A DNA stretch of 64,000 nt from Selaginella moellendorffii (taxonomy: Eukaryota; Plantae; Lycopodiophyta): NCBI RefSeq assembly GCF_000143415.4, contig NW_003314273.1, positions 1,456,052 through 1,520,051 on the forward strand. Direction: 5' to 3'. The notes beneath the pieces are model-generated. The model was given only the letters and a program-made list of their open reading frames with translations, did not search any database and was not told the origin of the DNA. A program made the translations under genes and the position numbers. The stretch's first letter is position 1. Each line of letters begins with the position of its first letter. This document shows positions 62,490 through 64,000 of this stretch, piece after piece.

Positions 62490-63977
62490 ATAAGTACAAA
62501 GCGAGCAATAAGTGAGTCTCTAGAAAAGGGACACAAGAGGACCAACACATGACACGTGGATGAGTCCGAGATGGAGTTTGAGTTGGACCCGATATGGAGT
62601 CAGAGATGGAGTCTGAGATGGACTCGAGATGGAGTTCGAGATGGAACCGAGATTGAGACCGAGACCTAGACTAAGACCGAAACCAAGTCCAAGTCCGAGG
62701 CCGAGACCGAGACCAAATCCAAGTCCAAGTCCGAATACTAATACAAGCTGTTGGGTGAAAGCCCAAAGCGATCGTCCCCCGGGGGGGGGGGGGGGGGGGG
62801 ATGCTGCTGGGGGTTCCAAAAGTATAGTAGGGAGAGTGTGGGGGCTAGAGCCCATTGGAGCCAATTTGGCCAGGAAAGGTTAGTTTGGCCTAGGAAGGCC
62901 ATACCCAGCTATTGGGTGATGGGATGACCATTGAGAAGTTAAGGGCTAGAGTGAATATAGACCGACAAGCGGGGTATCTTGGTGAAGTGTTCAAGAGCCA
63001 GCTCTAGTTTCCCCGGGAGATCGAATGGTCGATTCTCCCAATCCAAGTATGGGTGGCAATACTTACTTGGATACCTGGTGTGGCTCAACGAAACCTCGCT
63101 CTAAGCCCATGGCTAGAGCACCCAAAGGTGGAAGGCAGGGAACCATGAGGCTTGCGAAGGGCCACGGTGTTCCGAAATGTTGTCCCAAAGTCCTAGATTG
63201 TGAAAAGGAAGAGGAGCAGTCCTTTGGTGTAGAGACCAAGGATACGGTCATGGGAGGAGGAAGTCCCAGAGGACTGTGGTGTAAGCTCCTGAGTTTGGAC
63301 TTCCCGGGAGGTCACCCAGCCCAGTACTATTCAAACCCAAGGACGCTTAACCCCAAATATCCCAAGACCCTTAACCGATTGGAAAAGGAGGTGCACTCTT
63401 ATTCATGGGCCCTTTCCCTTTATATTTGAACCCCATAAATCGTCTCTCAAGTCGTTCTCTTTGGTTGCTTACACGTGGGACTTAGTGGTCAGGCCTGTGT
63501 GCCTTGATCCAGTGGCAGTGTTGGCGAACACAACCGTGGACAGAAAGGGACTTGGTGGGGACCAAAAAAGGGATATTGGAGAAGGTTATTCCCCATGCCT
63601 GCGGGCATTCTAAGGGTGTTAAAGAATGGATCTGGGATGATCACTCATGGATGGATGGCCTAATCTTTTAGAGACAAGATTGTGATGCAGGTGGCATTAG
63701 ACCACCGGTGTAACCAAGGTGAAGGGGCATGGCCTTAGTGTAGCGAGCTAATATGTCAGTGGTACCTTGAGGTGTCAGTCATGGGATCGGACATGTGGAA
63801 CACTTGGGCCAAGTGTAAAGTTTGAGTGGCAGGGATGCCATTCTCGGGGCTAGCAAGCTTAAGTCCGGAATAGGACTTATGGAGGTTGTGAGTGAGACTC
63901 CTCCAAGTGGTTGGAGGTGTGGTTAAGTGACTAAACTAGAATGAAAAAATTAATTACTTACAATTTGGTATTAGAGC
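62490..63977 (+). mobile_element. LTR family A: repeat array, G20 PPT, LTR (~62802-63962) and PBS(iMet)
   Basis: PPT at 62781-62800. LTR ends ..aattacttaca at 63962, followed by att and TGGTATTAGAGC (63966-63977). Confidence 0.88.
63280..63473 (-). mobile_element. Cassandra-like TRIM solo LTR (194 bp) with 5S rRNA internal promoter
   Basis: tgtaagc...gcttaca termini and 5-bp TSD tgtgg/cgtgg (63275-63279, 63474-63478). The reverse complement gttaagcgtccttgggtttgaatagtactgggctgggtgacctcccgggaagtcc matches plant 5S A-box/IE/C-box. Confidence 0.88.
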
Positions 63978-64000
63978 TATTTCTTAGTCCGACTCTTATT

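Noticed and set aside
63295-63355. 5S rRNA gene
   Set aside because: Only the internal promoter part is present, inside a TG..CA LTR with a TSD.

Overview
Repeat-rich eukaryotic DNA, most likely from a land plant with flagellated sperm and very small introns. A lycophyte such as Selaginella is my inference, based on an intact CFAP299 gene with 45-60 nt introns and a plant-type TTTAGGG repeat. CFAP299 (10310-11533) is the only clearly intact host gene; the rest is nested mobile DNA. It includes decayed Ty3/Gypsy remnants, a complete PIF/Harbinger element (TIRs, TTA TSD) carrying a captured intron-containing COG2 fragment, many copies of two apparently non-autonomous LTR families, a ~7.9 kb L1-like LINE with a 17-bp TSD, a 670-bp TPRT-type insertion and two 5S-bearing Cassandra-like LTRs. 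The most unusual region is a ~12.5 kb element (27461-40005) with two divergent genes. One is a ~1000-aa Sola-like DDE transposase. The other is a large protein with a ParB/Sulfiredoxin-like domain, a possible degenerate DNA-methyltransferase fold and an FCP1-type HAD domain. About 25 copies of a 22-bp palindrome (ATGGCRTG-N6-CAYGCCAT) are spread along this element, many in its tiny introns, and I saw none outside it. This suggests a ParB/parS-like cis/trans system inside a eukaryotic transposon. All domain calls are by eye; no searches were run.
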